A DNA stretch of 64,000 nt from an uncultured Gemmatimonadales bacterium (GTDB taxonomy: Bacteria; Gemmatimonadota; Gemmatimonadetes; Longimicrobiales; RSA9). The translations under genes were made by a program, and so were the position numbers. Under the pieces are notes generated by a model, which was not told the DNA's origin, made no database searches, and saw only the letters and a list, made by a program, of their open reading frames with translations. Positions within the stretch are counted from its first letter, which is position 1, and each line of letters opens with the position of its first letter. The stretch covers positions 320,001 to 384,000 of the forward strand of contig CAWCRS010000007.1 in assembly GCA_963798085.1 (NCBI GenBank), written 5' to 3'. This document shows, in pieces, positions 8,827-19,430 of this stretch.

Positions 8827-10983
8827 TTAGAAGCCTGGAAGCCCTGAACCCGTCTGTTGCGTTGCCGTGCGCAGGCCGTGCGGCACCAGCGGCAGATTGC
8901 GCAGCCGGATGCCGCTCGCCCGCCAGATCGCGTTGCTGACCGCCGGCGCCAGCGCCAGCAGGGGCGTCTCACCCGCGCCCGCACTGGGGATGTCCCTGCG
9001 ATCCAGCAGCACACTCTCGATGGGCGGCACGTCGCTCTGCCGCGGCACGCGGTACTGCGAGAGCCGCGGGTTCAGGATCCGCCCGTTCTCGAATTCGATG
9101 GCTTCGAACAGCGCGCCGCCCAGCCCCATGATCACGCCGCCCTCCACCTGGTTGCGCAGCCCGTCCGGATTCACGATGGCGCCGCACTCGAAGGCTACCA
9201 CCAGACGCGTCAACCGGACCTGGCCGCTGGCCCGGTCCACCGCGGCCTCTGCGCACGTCGCCACATAGCCGCCCTTCTCCGTGCCGCACGCCAGGCCGAT
9301 ACCGTGACCCGCGCTCGCCTGCCACGTCTTCCAGCCGAAACGATCGGCCGCCGCCTCGAGCACCGCGCGCAGCCGCGCATCGCGCAGATTGCGCAGGCGG
9401 AAATCCAGCGGGTCCAGCTGGAGCGTCGCCGCCAGCTCGTCCATGTGCGACTCGCGCGCGAAGTTGTTCGCCGTGGCCGCCAGTCCGCGATAGGAGCCCT
9501 GCCGCAATGGTGAGTTAGCCGGATGATAGATCACCCTCTGGTTCGCCACCTCGTAAGGCGTGCCGATGGCGGAAGGTCCGGAATTGTAGTTGTGGAATTC
9601 CCACGCGCTCAGCGTGCCGTCCGCCTGCACACCGCTGCGGATCTCGATGCGCGCCGCGGGCCGGAAATACGCCCACGTGAACTCCTCCTCCCGTGACCAC
9701 ACCAGCCGCACAGGCTTGCCCGCTGCCTTTGCCAGCCGCGCCGCCTCGATCGCCGCTTCGCCGCTGTGCTTGCCGCCGTAGCCCGAGCCCGTGTCCGGCA
9801 CCCGCACACACACCCGCTCCTCCGCCAGCCCGAAGGCCTCCGCCAGCTCGTTGCGCACGCCGAACGGCCGCTGCGTGCCCGTCCATACAGTGAGTTTGCC
9901 ATCCGACCACTGCGCCAGCGCGGCCCGCGGCTCCAGCGGCGTGTGCGCGATGTACGCCGTCGTGTAGGTCGCCTCCAGACGCTGCTGCGCCGCGCCCAGC
10001 CCGTGCTCCACGGAACCGCGCTCCGACGGATTCGCCCGGCCCGTCGACGCCGTCTTCAGGTAGTCGAAGATCTCACGGTGCGAAGGCTGCGCCGGCGCCG
10101 CACTCCACTGCGGGCGCAGGGCTGCGAGCGCGCGCGTGCACGTCGCATCATCGGCCGCCGCCACACCCGCGAATTCACCCTCGTGCACCACCGTCACGCC
10201 CGGCATGGCCGCTGCCTCGCCTGCGTCCAGCGCCAGCAGCCGCGCGCCCATGGCCGGCGGCCGCAGCACCTTGCCCGTCAGCATGCCCGGCACACGCTGG
10301 TCCGACGGATAGCGGTGCCTGCCGGTCACGATGTCGCGGCCCTTGACACTGGGCAGCGCCGTGCCCGCCACGGTCCAGCCGGCGGGAGCGGCTAACTCAA
10401 TGTTGTCGGGCAGCACCTGCGTCAGCTGTGCGCCGCCCGTCAGCTCGCCAATGGCGATCGCACGACCCCGCCCATCGCTCACCCGTCCGCCTGCGAGAGT
10501 CAGACCCGACGCTGGTACTTGCCAGCGCTGTGCCGCCAGCTCCAGCAGTGCATGGCGCGCCGCGGCCGCCACCCGCCGCAGCTGCAGACCCATCTGCGGC
10601 GTGGACCGGCTGCCGAACGTGCCCGCGTCGTAGGGCGTGAGATCCGTGTCGCCCATCACCAGCGTGATGGCAGCAGGCGCCACGTGCAGTTCCTCCGCCA
10701 CCGCCTGGGTCAGCAATGTACGAATGTCCTGCCCCACTTCCACCTTCCCCGTGAACACCGTGACTGCGCCATCGCCGCCCACGTGCAGCCACGTGCCAAT
10801 GCTGTCCGCCGCTGCATACCTTTCGAAGTCACCCGTCGCGGCCCGGGCAGAATCGTCGCCAGCAAGCAGCACGACAACGCCGGCGCCCAGTGTGCCCAGG
10901 AACCCGCGCCGGCTCGGTTGCAGCGTTGCCAGCGCCTGCAACGGCGCATCCAGCAGCCCCCACTCGCGCACGCGCTCAGCCAT
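8827..10983 (-). CDS. Xanthine dehydrogenase family molybdopterin-binding subunit (IorB/aldehyde oxidoreductase-like)
   Basis: GKVEVGQ, GTFGSRS, HTPLEP, GSGYGGK, NQVEGG and GAGE MoCo motifs; Tat-like SRRGFL near the N-terminus. Confidence 0.92.
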   Translation of the reverse strand: MAERVREWGLLDAPLQALATLQPSRRGFLGTLGAGVVVLLAGDDSARAATGDFERYAAADSIGTWLHVGGDGAVTVFTGKVEVGQDIRTLLTQAVAEELHVAPAAITLVMGDTDLTPYDAGTFGSRSTPQMGLQLRRVAAAARHALLELAAQRWQVPASGLTLAGGRVSDGRGRAIAIGELTGGAQLTQVLPDNIELAAPAGWTVAGTALPSVKGRDIVTGRHRYPSDQRVPGMLTGKVLRPPAMGARLLALDAGEAAAMPGVTVVHEGEFAGVAAADDATCTRALAALRPQWSAAPAQPSHREIFDYLKTASTGRANPSERGSVEHGLGAAQQRLEATYTTAYIAHTPLEPRAALAQWSDGKLTVWTGTQRPFGVRNELAEAFGLAEERVCVRVPDTGSGYGGKHSGEAAIEAARLAKAAGKPVRLVWSREEEFTWAYFRPAARIEIRSGVQADGTLSAWEFHNYNSGPSAIGTPYEVANQRVIYHPANSPLRQGSYRGLAATANNFARESHMDELAATLQLDPLDFRLRNLRDARLRAVLEAAADRFGWKTWQASAGHGIGLACGTEKGGYVATCAEAAVDRASGQVRLTRLVVAFECGAIVNPDGLRNQVEGGVIMGLGGALFEAIEFENGRILNPRLSQYRVPRQSDVPPIESVLLDRRDIPSAGAGETPLLALAPAVSNAIWRASGIRLRNLPLVPHGLRTATQQTGSGLPGF

Positions 10984-11458
10984 GGTGCGCCTCCGCGCTG
11001 GCGTGCGCTGCCCTGCGGACGGCGCGCACAATGCGCGGGTACGTGCCGCAGCGACACACGTTGCCATCCATGAACCGGCGAATCTCGTCTTCACCGGGAT
11101 CGGGCTCGCGCTCCAGCAGCCCCACGGCGGACATGATCATTCCGGCCGTACAGTACCCGCACTGCAGCGCCCCCTCGTCCAGAAAAGCCTGCTGCACGGG
11201 GTGCAGGCGACCGTCGCGTTCCAGCCCTTCGATCGTCATCACGGGCCGCTCGCCAACGCTGCCCACCGGGGTGATGCACGAGCGCACCGGCCGTCCATCC
11301 AGCAGCACGGTGCACGCGCCGCACTGACCCTCGCCGCATCCATACTTGCTGCCGGTGAGATCCAGATCCTCCCGCAGTACCAGCAGCAGACTCTTCGCCG
11401 GGTCCGCTTCCACGCGTCGCGTGCCGCCGTTCACCTGCAGATCGAAACTGCTGCTCAT
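10976..11458 (-). CDS. (2Fe-2S)-binding small subunit (IorA/CoxS family)
   Basis: GSKYGCGEGQCGACTV, QCGYC, GNVCRCGTY. Confidence 0.95.
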   Translation of the reverse strand: MSSSFDLQVNGGTRRVEADPAKSLLLVLREDLDLTGSKYGCGEGQCGACTVLLDGRPVRSCITPVGSVGERPVMTIEGLERDGRLHPVQQAFLDEGALQCGYCTAGMIMSAVGLLEREPDPGEDEIRRFMDGNVCRCGTYPRIVRAVRRAAHASAEAHHG

Positions 11459-11641
11459 GCGCTGCCTCCCGCGCTCGAGTCCCGGATCGCGCGACCCGCC
11501 CGCGCCGCGCCAGGATCGCGTACCCCACTCTGGCATTTCCGCTGTCCCGCCGCCAGCCTCGCCGTCGCCTCGGCGACTGGGCGCATGCGCACTGCCTCCC
11601 GTCTCTTCCCGCCCAGACGCGCCCGGCCTGACTTGCGTGAC

Positions 11642-12064
11642 ATGCGACTTCGCTTCCCGAGGCTGACCGGATTCGCTCTGCTCGCCCTGCTCCTGTGCCT
11701 GCCGCAGACGGCACGCGCGCAGCGGCGATTGCAGCGCCCGCGCTTCGGTGGCGTACTGACGATCGTGCCCGCTGCCGGCCTGCGTGGTGGTTACGACTTC
11801 GATGGCGAAGCATGGAGCGCGGGCGGGCAGGCGGTGATTCCGTTGACCGCCGCCTTTGGCTTCGAGCCCAGCGCCGACATCTTCTTCCCCACAGGTCGCA
11901 CCCGCTGGCAGCTCAATGCCGACGCGCTCGTCCACGTGCCCACCGCGCCCGGCATCTACGCGGGTGGCGGCGGCCTGTCATACGGCAACCACGCGCAGCT
12001 GGACAGAACCATCGACACGCATTTCTCCGATCCGGCCAGGCTGGCCGGAAGGTTCGGTGCCTGA
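11642..12064 (+). CDS. Putative secreted/outer-membrane beta-strand protein, possibly truncated
   Basis: Signal peptide MRLRFPRLTGFALLALLLCLPQTARA|Q followed by alternating aromatic/Gly beta-strand pattern; C-terminus looks incomplete. Confidence 0.5.
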   Translation: MRLRFPRLTGFALLALLLCLPQTARAQRRLQRPRFGGVLTIVPAAGLRGGYDFDGEAWSAGGQAVIPLTAAFGFEPSADIFFPTGRTRWQLNADALVHVPTAPGIYAGGGGLSYGNHAQLDRTIDTHFSDPARLAGRFGA

Positions 12065-12302
12065 AGACATGAAGCAGATCGCCACAGTCGCCACCACATA
12101 CGTCTGGCTGACCGCGCAGCGCGCTCGGATGCTGCCGCGCAAACCGGCAAATCGCCGAGGGGCCGGAGCACCGCTGGCGCGGCCGCAGCCGGGCTGCTGC
12201 CGATTATGCAAAGGCCCTGGCGCCAATCGGCGTCAGGGCCTTCGCTCGTAACAGGATGTTAAGGGCTCAGTCGCGGACTGGATGGCGTCAGCCCACCACG
12301 CA

Positions 12303-13999
12303 TCACCGCCGGACGGCACCGCCCGCCGCGACCGGCTGCGCCAGCGCCTGCGCCGCCTGCACCAGCTCCAGGAAGCCCGCGCGGTACCCGCCCGCGTCGC
12401 GCCCCACGCCAGCGCGCGCCAGATCCAGCACCGACGCGTAGCTCGCATTCCCGCGATGCGGCGACTCCCGCAGCAGCATGCCGAACTCCGCGACCGCAGC
12501 CGCGAACGTCAGGTCCCCGCTGCCCGCGGTCACGTGGTCCGCGACCGGCCGCTGCAGCAGCTGGCTCGTATCACCATCGTTTGCCTTGTAGCGCAGCTTC
12601 ACGAACGCCAGCTCAGCGCCGCCCGATGTCAGGCTTGCCACCCGGCTGCTCTGATAACGCAAGGAGTCCGTCCCGCGCATGTCGATCGTCGACTCCGCGC
12701 CCACCGGCACTACCTCGTACAGCGCCGTCACCGAGTGGCCTGCACCCAGCTCACCCGCATCCTTGTGATCGTCGTTGAAGTCCTCGGCCGCCAGCAACCG
12801 GTTCTCGTAGCCGATGAGCCGGTACGCCGCCACCTTCGCCGGATTGAACTCGACCTGGATCTTCACGTCCTTCGCCACCGTGTACAGCGTCCCGCCCAGC
12901 TCCTGCACCAGCACCTTGCGCGCCTCACCAATGTCGTCGATGTACGCGTAGTTGCCGTTCCCCTTGTCCGCCATGAGCTCCATCTTCGAGTCCTTCAGGT
13001 TGCCCGTGCCGAAGCCCAGCACCGTCAGGAACGTGCCCTGCTGCCGCTTCTCCTCCACCAGCCGCATCAGGCCGCGTCGTCCGACTCGCCGACATTGAAG
13101 TCGCCGTCCGTCGCCAGGATAACACGGTTGTTACCACCGCGCAGGTGATTCTGCCGCGCGATCTCGTACGCCAGCCGCAGCCCTTCGCCGCCCGCCGTGG
13201 AACCGCCCGCCTCCAGCCGCTCCAGCGCCGCCAGGATCTCTTCCTTGCGCGTGCCCGGCGTGGATTCCAGCACCTGCCCTGCGTTGCCCGCGTATACCAC
13301 GATCGCCACCCGGTCCTGCGGCCGCAGCTCGTTCACCAGCAGACCGAACGCCTGCTTCAGCAGCGGCAGCTTGTCCGGACTGTCCATCGAGCCCGACACG
13401 TCGATCAGAAACACCAGGTTGCTGGCCGGCACATCCGCCACGCCCAGCGCCCGCGCCTTGAGACCGATGCGCAGCAGCCGGTGCGCCGGCTGCCACGGCG
13501 CAGCGCCCAGCTCCGTGGTCACTGCAAACGGTGCGTTATCATCAGGCGAGGGGTCGTCATAGGTGAAGTAGTTGACCAGCTCCTCGATGCGCACGGCGTC
13601 CTTCGGTGGCAGCTGGCCCTGGTGGATGAAGCGGCGCACGTTCGCGTAGGAAGCGCGGTCCACATCGATGGCAAACGTCGACAGCGGATTGGCCGCCGCG
13701 GCCATGAACGGATTCTCATCGACGGCCGCGTAGGACTCGGTGTTGAAGCGCTGCGGGTCGGAAGCCTGCAGCATGGACTTCGCCAGCGAAGCACGGATCG
13801 GCGGAGACGTCGGGGCGCTGATCGCGCCGACTTCATCCCTTGCCTCCGCATCCTTCGCGTTCTGGCCGTTGACGCGAACGCCAGCGCGTCCGTTGCTCTC
13901 CCTGAGCGCACCCGGCAAACCGCAACGCGCTGCGCTCAGCACGACCACGCTCAGCGCCATGGCCGCCAGCGCGGGAACCGCAGGACCTCGTGACCGCAT
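12303..13999 (-). CDS. vWA domain protein (YfbK/DUF3520 type), split by a frameshift at ~13067
   Basis: [19 protein letters not shown] motif [18 protein letters not shown]; second ORF continues with GNGNYAYID and YRLIGYENR. Confidence 0.9.
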
Positions 14000-14240
14000 C
14001 GTCGTCTCCGCTCTCTCGGGTTCGGGCCTCCTCTGCCGCAGGCCTCACCCGGATATGACGTCGCACGATCGGCCCGTTTGCACACCCTGCTCGCATCTCG
14101 CTGCGCTCTGCACGCTTCATTGCATGCGACGACGCCCGTCCCGTTGACGGCGCCTCCGCCTGCCGCCGCTTGCGCCCGGGCCCGCATCACCGTACCCGGT
14201 TCAGCCGGCAACACACGACTGCGGACGGGAACGCGTGACC

Positions 14241-15246
14241 ATGGGCGAATTGCGCATACAGACCATCGACGCGCACACCGAAGGCGAGCCGTTGCGCGTC
14301 ATTGTCTCGGGACTGCCGGAGATTCCGGGCACCACCATTCTCGAGCGCCGCACCTGGGCAAAGCGCCACATTCGATGATCTGCGTACGGCGCTGATGTGG
14401 GAGCCTCGCGGCCACGCCGACATGTATGGCTGCATCCTGCTGCCGCCGGCCGAAGCCGGCTCGGACTTCGGCGTGCTCTTCCTGCACAACGAGGGCTTCA
14501 GCACGATGTGCGGCCATGGCATCATCGCTGTGACCACGGTCGTACTCGAGGCCGGCCTCGTTCCCGCACAGCAGCCGCACACCGTCCTGCGCATCGACAC
14601 GCCCGCCGGGCTTGTGGTCGCCACAGCCACCGTGCATGAGCGCCGCGTCGAGCATGTCGCCTTCACCAACGTCCCATCGTTCGTGAGTGCGCTGGACGTC
14701 CGCCTGCCTGTCCCCGGCCTGGGTGAGATCGTCTGCGATATCGCGTTCGGCGGGGCCTTCTACGCATACGTCGATGCCGCCGCCGTGGGACTCACCTGTA
14801 CACCGGAGCAGCTGCGGCCCCTGATCGCCGCCGGGAGCGCCATCAAACACGCTGTTATCGATGCCTTCCCCGTCGAACATCCGGAACAGCCCGGCCTGAG
14901 CTTCCTCTACGGCACCATCTTCACCGGACCACCCCACGAGGCCGGCGCGCACAGCCGCCAGGTGTGCGTGTTCGCCGACGGCGAAGTCGATCGCAGCCCC
15001 ACCGGCACAGGTGTTGCCGGCCGGCTCGCCCTGCTGCGCGCCCGCGGCCGCATCGGCATCGATGAGCCCGTCATCATCGAGAGCATCATCGGTTCACGCT
15101 TTTCCGGTCGCGTGCTCGAGGACGTACTCGTGGCGGGCGCGCCCGCCGTGATTCCCGAAGTGGCGGGACGCGCCTTCATTACCGGACGCCACGAGTTCGT
15201 GATTGATCCGCGCGACCCGCTGTGCCACGGCTTCTTCCTGCGTTGA
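14241..15246 (+). CDS. Proline racemase family protein, probable trans-3-hydroxy-L-proline dehydratase (frameshift at ~14371)
   Basis: N-terminal [12 protein letters not shown] in another frame; [13 protein letters not shown] and DRSPTGTG (Cys/Thr pair). Confidence 0.88.
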
Positions 15247-15681
15247 TGCGGTTGGGCGCCGCGCCGGGTCGGCAGCCCCGCTCTCTCGCGGACGCGCCAC
15301 GCCACACTTCTCCCGCGGAAGCGACAACGCCCGCGCCACCTCCGACGCCGAATCCGTCTCCCGCGGTCGCTCCGGGATCCGCCGCCGCAGCGGACGCAGC
15401 GCCAGCGCCGCTCCCTCGACACGCTCGAGCACTCCACCCGGAGGCACAGTCCCACGTATCTCCGCCCGCGACTCAATATCCAGTTTCACCCGATCCGCCA
15501 GCCCGGCCGATATGCCGGATCGCAGGTTGGTCCATCCCGCGGACCCCCCAGGCGCCACCCGTTGGAATCGGTCCCCAATTACCAGCCCAGCCCCCAGCCC
15601 CCGCCCTCGCAACATTTCTGTCCGACGACTGAAACTGGGAAGAATGGATTTGTCGAAACACGGATGCCGCAACGCCCACCT

Positions 15682-15710
15682 TTGACACCCCTGCGCCCGC
15701 CCACCACCTT
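15682..15710 (+). promoter_or_regulatory. Candidate sigma70 promoter for tkt
   Basis: TTGACA-N17-CACCTT about 65 nt upstream of the ATG. Confidence 0.45.
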
Positions 15711-15773
15711 TGCCCCGCGGCGCCGCTCACGCGTCTGCACGGAACTCGTGACCGGAAGGACTCGACCACTCCG

Positions 15774-17823
15774 ATGGAAGCCATTCAAGCCCGCAGCATT
15801 AACGTCATCCGCGGCCTCGCCATTGATGCCGTCGAACGCGCCAGGTCCGGCCACCCGGGACTGCCCATGGGTGACGCCCTCATGGCGTATGTCCTGTGGA
15901 AGCACTTTCTCCGACACAATCCGCTGAATCCCGAATGGCCGGACCGCGACCGCTTCGTGCTCTCCGCCGGCCACGGCTCGATGCTCCTCTACGCGTTGCT
16001 GCATCTCAGCGGCTACGATCTGCCGCTCGATGAGCTGAAGCGTTTCCGACAGTGGGGCAGCCGCACCCCTGGCCATCCCGAACACGGCCTTACACCCGGC
16101 GTCGAGACCACAACCGGGCCGCTCGGTCAGGGCTTCGGCAACGCCGTCGGCATGGCCCTCGCCGAGCGCTGGCTGGCCGCGACGTACAACCGGCCCGGCC
16201 ACGAAATCGTGGGTCACCGCACTTTCGCCATCGCGAGCGATGGCGATCTCATGGAGGGTGTGCAGGCCGAAGCCGCGTCGCTTGCCGGCCATTGGGGGCT
16301 CGGCCGTCTGATCGTCCTCTACGACTCCAACCACATCTCCATCGACGGCTCGACCGACCTCGCCTTTACCGAGGACGTGTCCCTGCGCTACAAGGGGTAT
16401 GCCTGGCAGGTGCTGCATGCCGCGGGCACCGACATGGACTCCATCGAAACCGCGCTGCGCGCCGGCCTCGCCGACGAGACCCGGCCCACGCTCATCGTCG
16501 TGCGTACGCACATCGGGTATGGCGCCCCGCACAAGCAGGACACCGCCGAGGCCCACGGCGAGCCGCTCGGTCCCGAGGAAGCGAAAGCGGCGAAGGAGCG
16601 CCTGGGCCTGCCGCTCGACCAGGAGTTCTGGGTCCCGGAGGACGTGCGCGCGCACATGGACGCGCGTCCTGCGGGAGAATCGCTGGAACAGGAATGGCGA
16701 CGCCGCTTCGACAGTTACGCGCACGAATTCCCCGAGCTGGCAGCGCAATTCCGTCGCGCCCTCGTCCGCGAGCTTCCAGCCGGTTTCGCCGACGCCCTGC
16801 CCACATTCAAGCCCGGGACACAGCTGGCCACGCGCAAGGCATCAGGAGACACGCTCAACGCACTGGTAGCGCATGTGCCCGAGCTGATCGGCGGCTCCGC
16901 CGACCTCACCACGTCCAACAACACCGCCATCAGGTCGACCGGCTCCATCGAACGCGGCGACTGGGGCCAGCGCTACATCCACTTCGGCGTCCGCGAGCAC
17001 GGCATGGGCGCGATCCTGAACGGGCTGTGCCTGCACGGCGGCATTCGACCCTTCGGCGCCACCTTCCTCATCTTCTCCGACTACATGCGCCCTTCCATCC
17101 GCCTGGCCGCGCTGATGGAACAGCCTGTTATCTACCTGTTCACACACGACTCCATCGGTCTGGGCGAGGACGGTCCTACGCACGAGCCCGTCGAGCAGCT
17201 CATGTCACTGCGTCTCATTCCCGCACCTGGATGTGATACGGCCCGCCGACGCGGATGAGACCGCTGTCGCCTGGACCATGGCGCTGGAGCGCACCAACGG
17301 ACCCTCGGCGCTCGTGCTCACGCGCCAGAAGCTGCCCGCGCTGGACCGCGGACCGGGGCGCACGTTCGCTTCCGCGCGCCTGGCTGCACGCGGCGGCTAT
17401 GTCCTCGTCGATGCGGAAGCTGCGGGCCAGCCCCTCACGCCGCACGTGATCCTGATCGGCACGGGCAGCGAGGTACACCTTTGCATTGAAGCGCGCGCCC
17501 GGCTCGCCGCCGAGGGCATTGCCACCCGTGTGGTCAGCATGCCTTCCCTGACGCGCTTCGTGGCGCAGCCCGCGGACTGGCGTGACCTGGTGTTGCCCCC
17601 TTCGATCACGGCCCGCGTCGTCGTCGAGGCAGGGATAACACGCGGTTGGGGAGATATCACGGGCCCGGCGGGAGAGATCGTGGGCGTGCAGCGCTTCGGC
17701 GCGTCGGCGCCCGGTGACGTAGTGCTGCGCGAGCTGGGGTTCACGCCCGAGCATGTGGTCGCGTGCGCCCGGGCGGCACTGGCCAGGGCTGCCAGCTTCG
17801 CACACTCGGGCTCTGTCGATTAG
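15774..17823 (+). CDS. tkt: Transketolase (frameshift at ~17222)
   Basis: [51 protein letters not shown]-terminal domain in the next frame. Confidence 0.95.
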
Positions 17824-17896
17824 GCGACGCAGCCGCCTCAGGATTCGGCCTTTATCCAGCAGGCCACGATGCAGCGTCCGGCTGCCGCCCTGCGCG

Positions 17897-18694
17897 TCAG
17901 AAGAGCCGGATGATCGCGAAGGTGAGCGGGATCACGTAGTACATGCTGCGGATCAGCTGGCCGATATTCCGCTGCGGTACGGCCGGGATCTCGATCACGT
18001 CGCCGGCGCGCAGGCTGAGATCATCGAGCGTGCGCCCCTCCACCATGGCCTGCTGCAGCGGGGGCCCGTCCCAGATCGTCTGCTTGCCCCGCTTGATCTT
18101 CATGTCCTCCAGCTTTGCCGCGCGCGTGGGCTGACCCAGTGCTGCGATTACGTCCGGCAGCCGCGCGTCGGGCGAAACCAGCTGATAGCCCACCTTCCCG
18201 ATTTCGCCCACCGTCTGAATGCGCATTGAGCTGGACACGAAAACCGTCGGGTCCCGAATGTACCTCGTAATGAACGCCGTGACACTGTCCTTCAATTCCG
18301 AGCGTAGCAGGCCGGTGAGCGGCATCGCGCCCAGGTCCGGCAGCACCAGCAGCCTGCCCGGAGATATCGTGAACGGAGCGCTGAGTGACGGCTGTCCCAG
18401 CACGGACAGCGTAACTACATCACCCACTTCGAAGTCGCCATCGCGCAGCCGGTCGCGGATCAGCTGCGCCTCGTCCTTGGCCGGCATCCGCACCGCCGCC
18501 GAATAACCGCTCTCGTTCGATGCGTCTTCGAAGCGCCGGAGTCTCGCCTGCAGGTCCGCTCGGGTCGCGTACAACTGGCCCGCATCCCACTGCCGGTTTG
18601 CCTGCTGTCCCGTGTCTTGTGCCCGTGCCGAGCCGGCAAATCCCAGCATCAGCAAGAGGCCCAGCACGGGCGCGACTGCAAAGCACTTCTTCAT
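17897..18694 (-). CDS. Polysaccharide export protein (Wza/Poly_export with SLBB domain)
   Basis: Signal peptide; GDFEVGDVVTLSV, LVLPDLG, YIRDPTV, LRAGDVIEIP; C-terminal amphipathic helix. Confidence 0.8.
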   Translation of the reverse strand: MKKCFAVAPVLGLLLMLGFAGSARAQDTGQQANRQWDAGQLYATRADLQARLRRFEDASNESGYSAAVRMPAKDEAQLIRDRLRDGDFEVGDVVTLSVLGQPSLSAPFTISPGRLLVLPDLGAMPLTGLLRSELKDSVTAFITRYIRDPTVFVSSSMRIQTVGEIGKVGYQLVSPDARLPDVIAALGQPTRAAKLEDMKIKRGKQTIWDGPPLQQAMVEGRTLDDLSLRAGDVIEIPAVPQRNIGQLIRSMYYVIPLTFAIIRLF

Positions 18695-18730
18695 GGCGTC
18701 CTCCGGTTTGCGGGACCATGCCCGCAACCG

Positions 18731-18952
18731 CTACGGCTTGAGAATCGGCGATCCGCCCGCGGCCAGCCCGAATGCGGCAAGACGCGAGAGGCTGCGCAGG
18801 AACCGCTCTGTAGGGTCCCGCGCCGGCAACAGATCACCACAGCGTTCGCAAAGCAGGCCTCTGACCCGATCGATCCCCGCCCCATCGGGCAGAGGACTTC
18901 CGGGTGTGCGCCACGCGTCCGCGGGGAGGGTCTGACACTGGTCGCACAGCAT
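18731..18952 (-). CDS. Small protein with two CxxC motifs (putative Zn ribbon)
   Basis: MLCDQC...LLCERC, 73 aa, directly upstream of and co-oriented with the wza-like gene. Confidence 0.55.
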   Translation of the reverse strand: MLCDQCQTLPADAWRTPGSPLPDGAGIDRVRGLLCERCGDLLPARDPTERFLRSLSRLAAFGLAAGGSPILKP

Positions 18953-19430
18953 TGTTCCGCACCTTTTTGCGCGCGCTCGCCTCGAGCGCATTCGATCGCA
19001 CCACGCAATCACTCCAGTTGACTCGGAAGTCTCCTCTCAAGTTCGGTGCCGCTTCTGCGAGCGCCTGAAATCCGCTGTACCACGCCGGTTTAGCCCGTCT
19101 GCCCTGCGCAGTCAGGGTTGACCCGGGGGCTTCAACCGCCCGCCCGTTGTCGCGACCACGCAACGGGCCGGTTGCTTTTCCGCACCGTTCGATCACGACG
19201 GGCCGCAGAGCGCAGTTCGCTTTGCTCCATCAAGTCAGTGCTGTAACGCGGTTTACCGCCGGCGCCACGGAAACTGACACGACTCGACGAACCGCATGCG
19301 TAACACTGGAATCCGGAGCACGACTCGTGCGGTCTGCCGCCGGACCATGTAGAACCCCGGGCGCTCGCGCGCCTCAGACCCAGCTTCATCGGTTGAGTCC
19401 GAAACAGAGGTCAGGGAGGCGCAACTCACC

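Noticed and set aside
8827..10983. Aerobic CO dehydrogenase large subunit (Mo-Cu), suggested by the nearby copper motifs
   Set aside because: Lacks the CoxL AYxCSFR motif (reads SYRGLA), has IorB-type domain order, and there is no CoxM.
15094..15685. ORFs between the racemase and tkt genes
   Set aside because: Arg/Pro/Ser-rich, overlapping and motif-free; probably intergenic.
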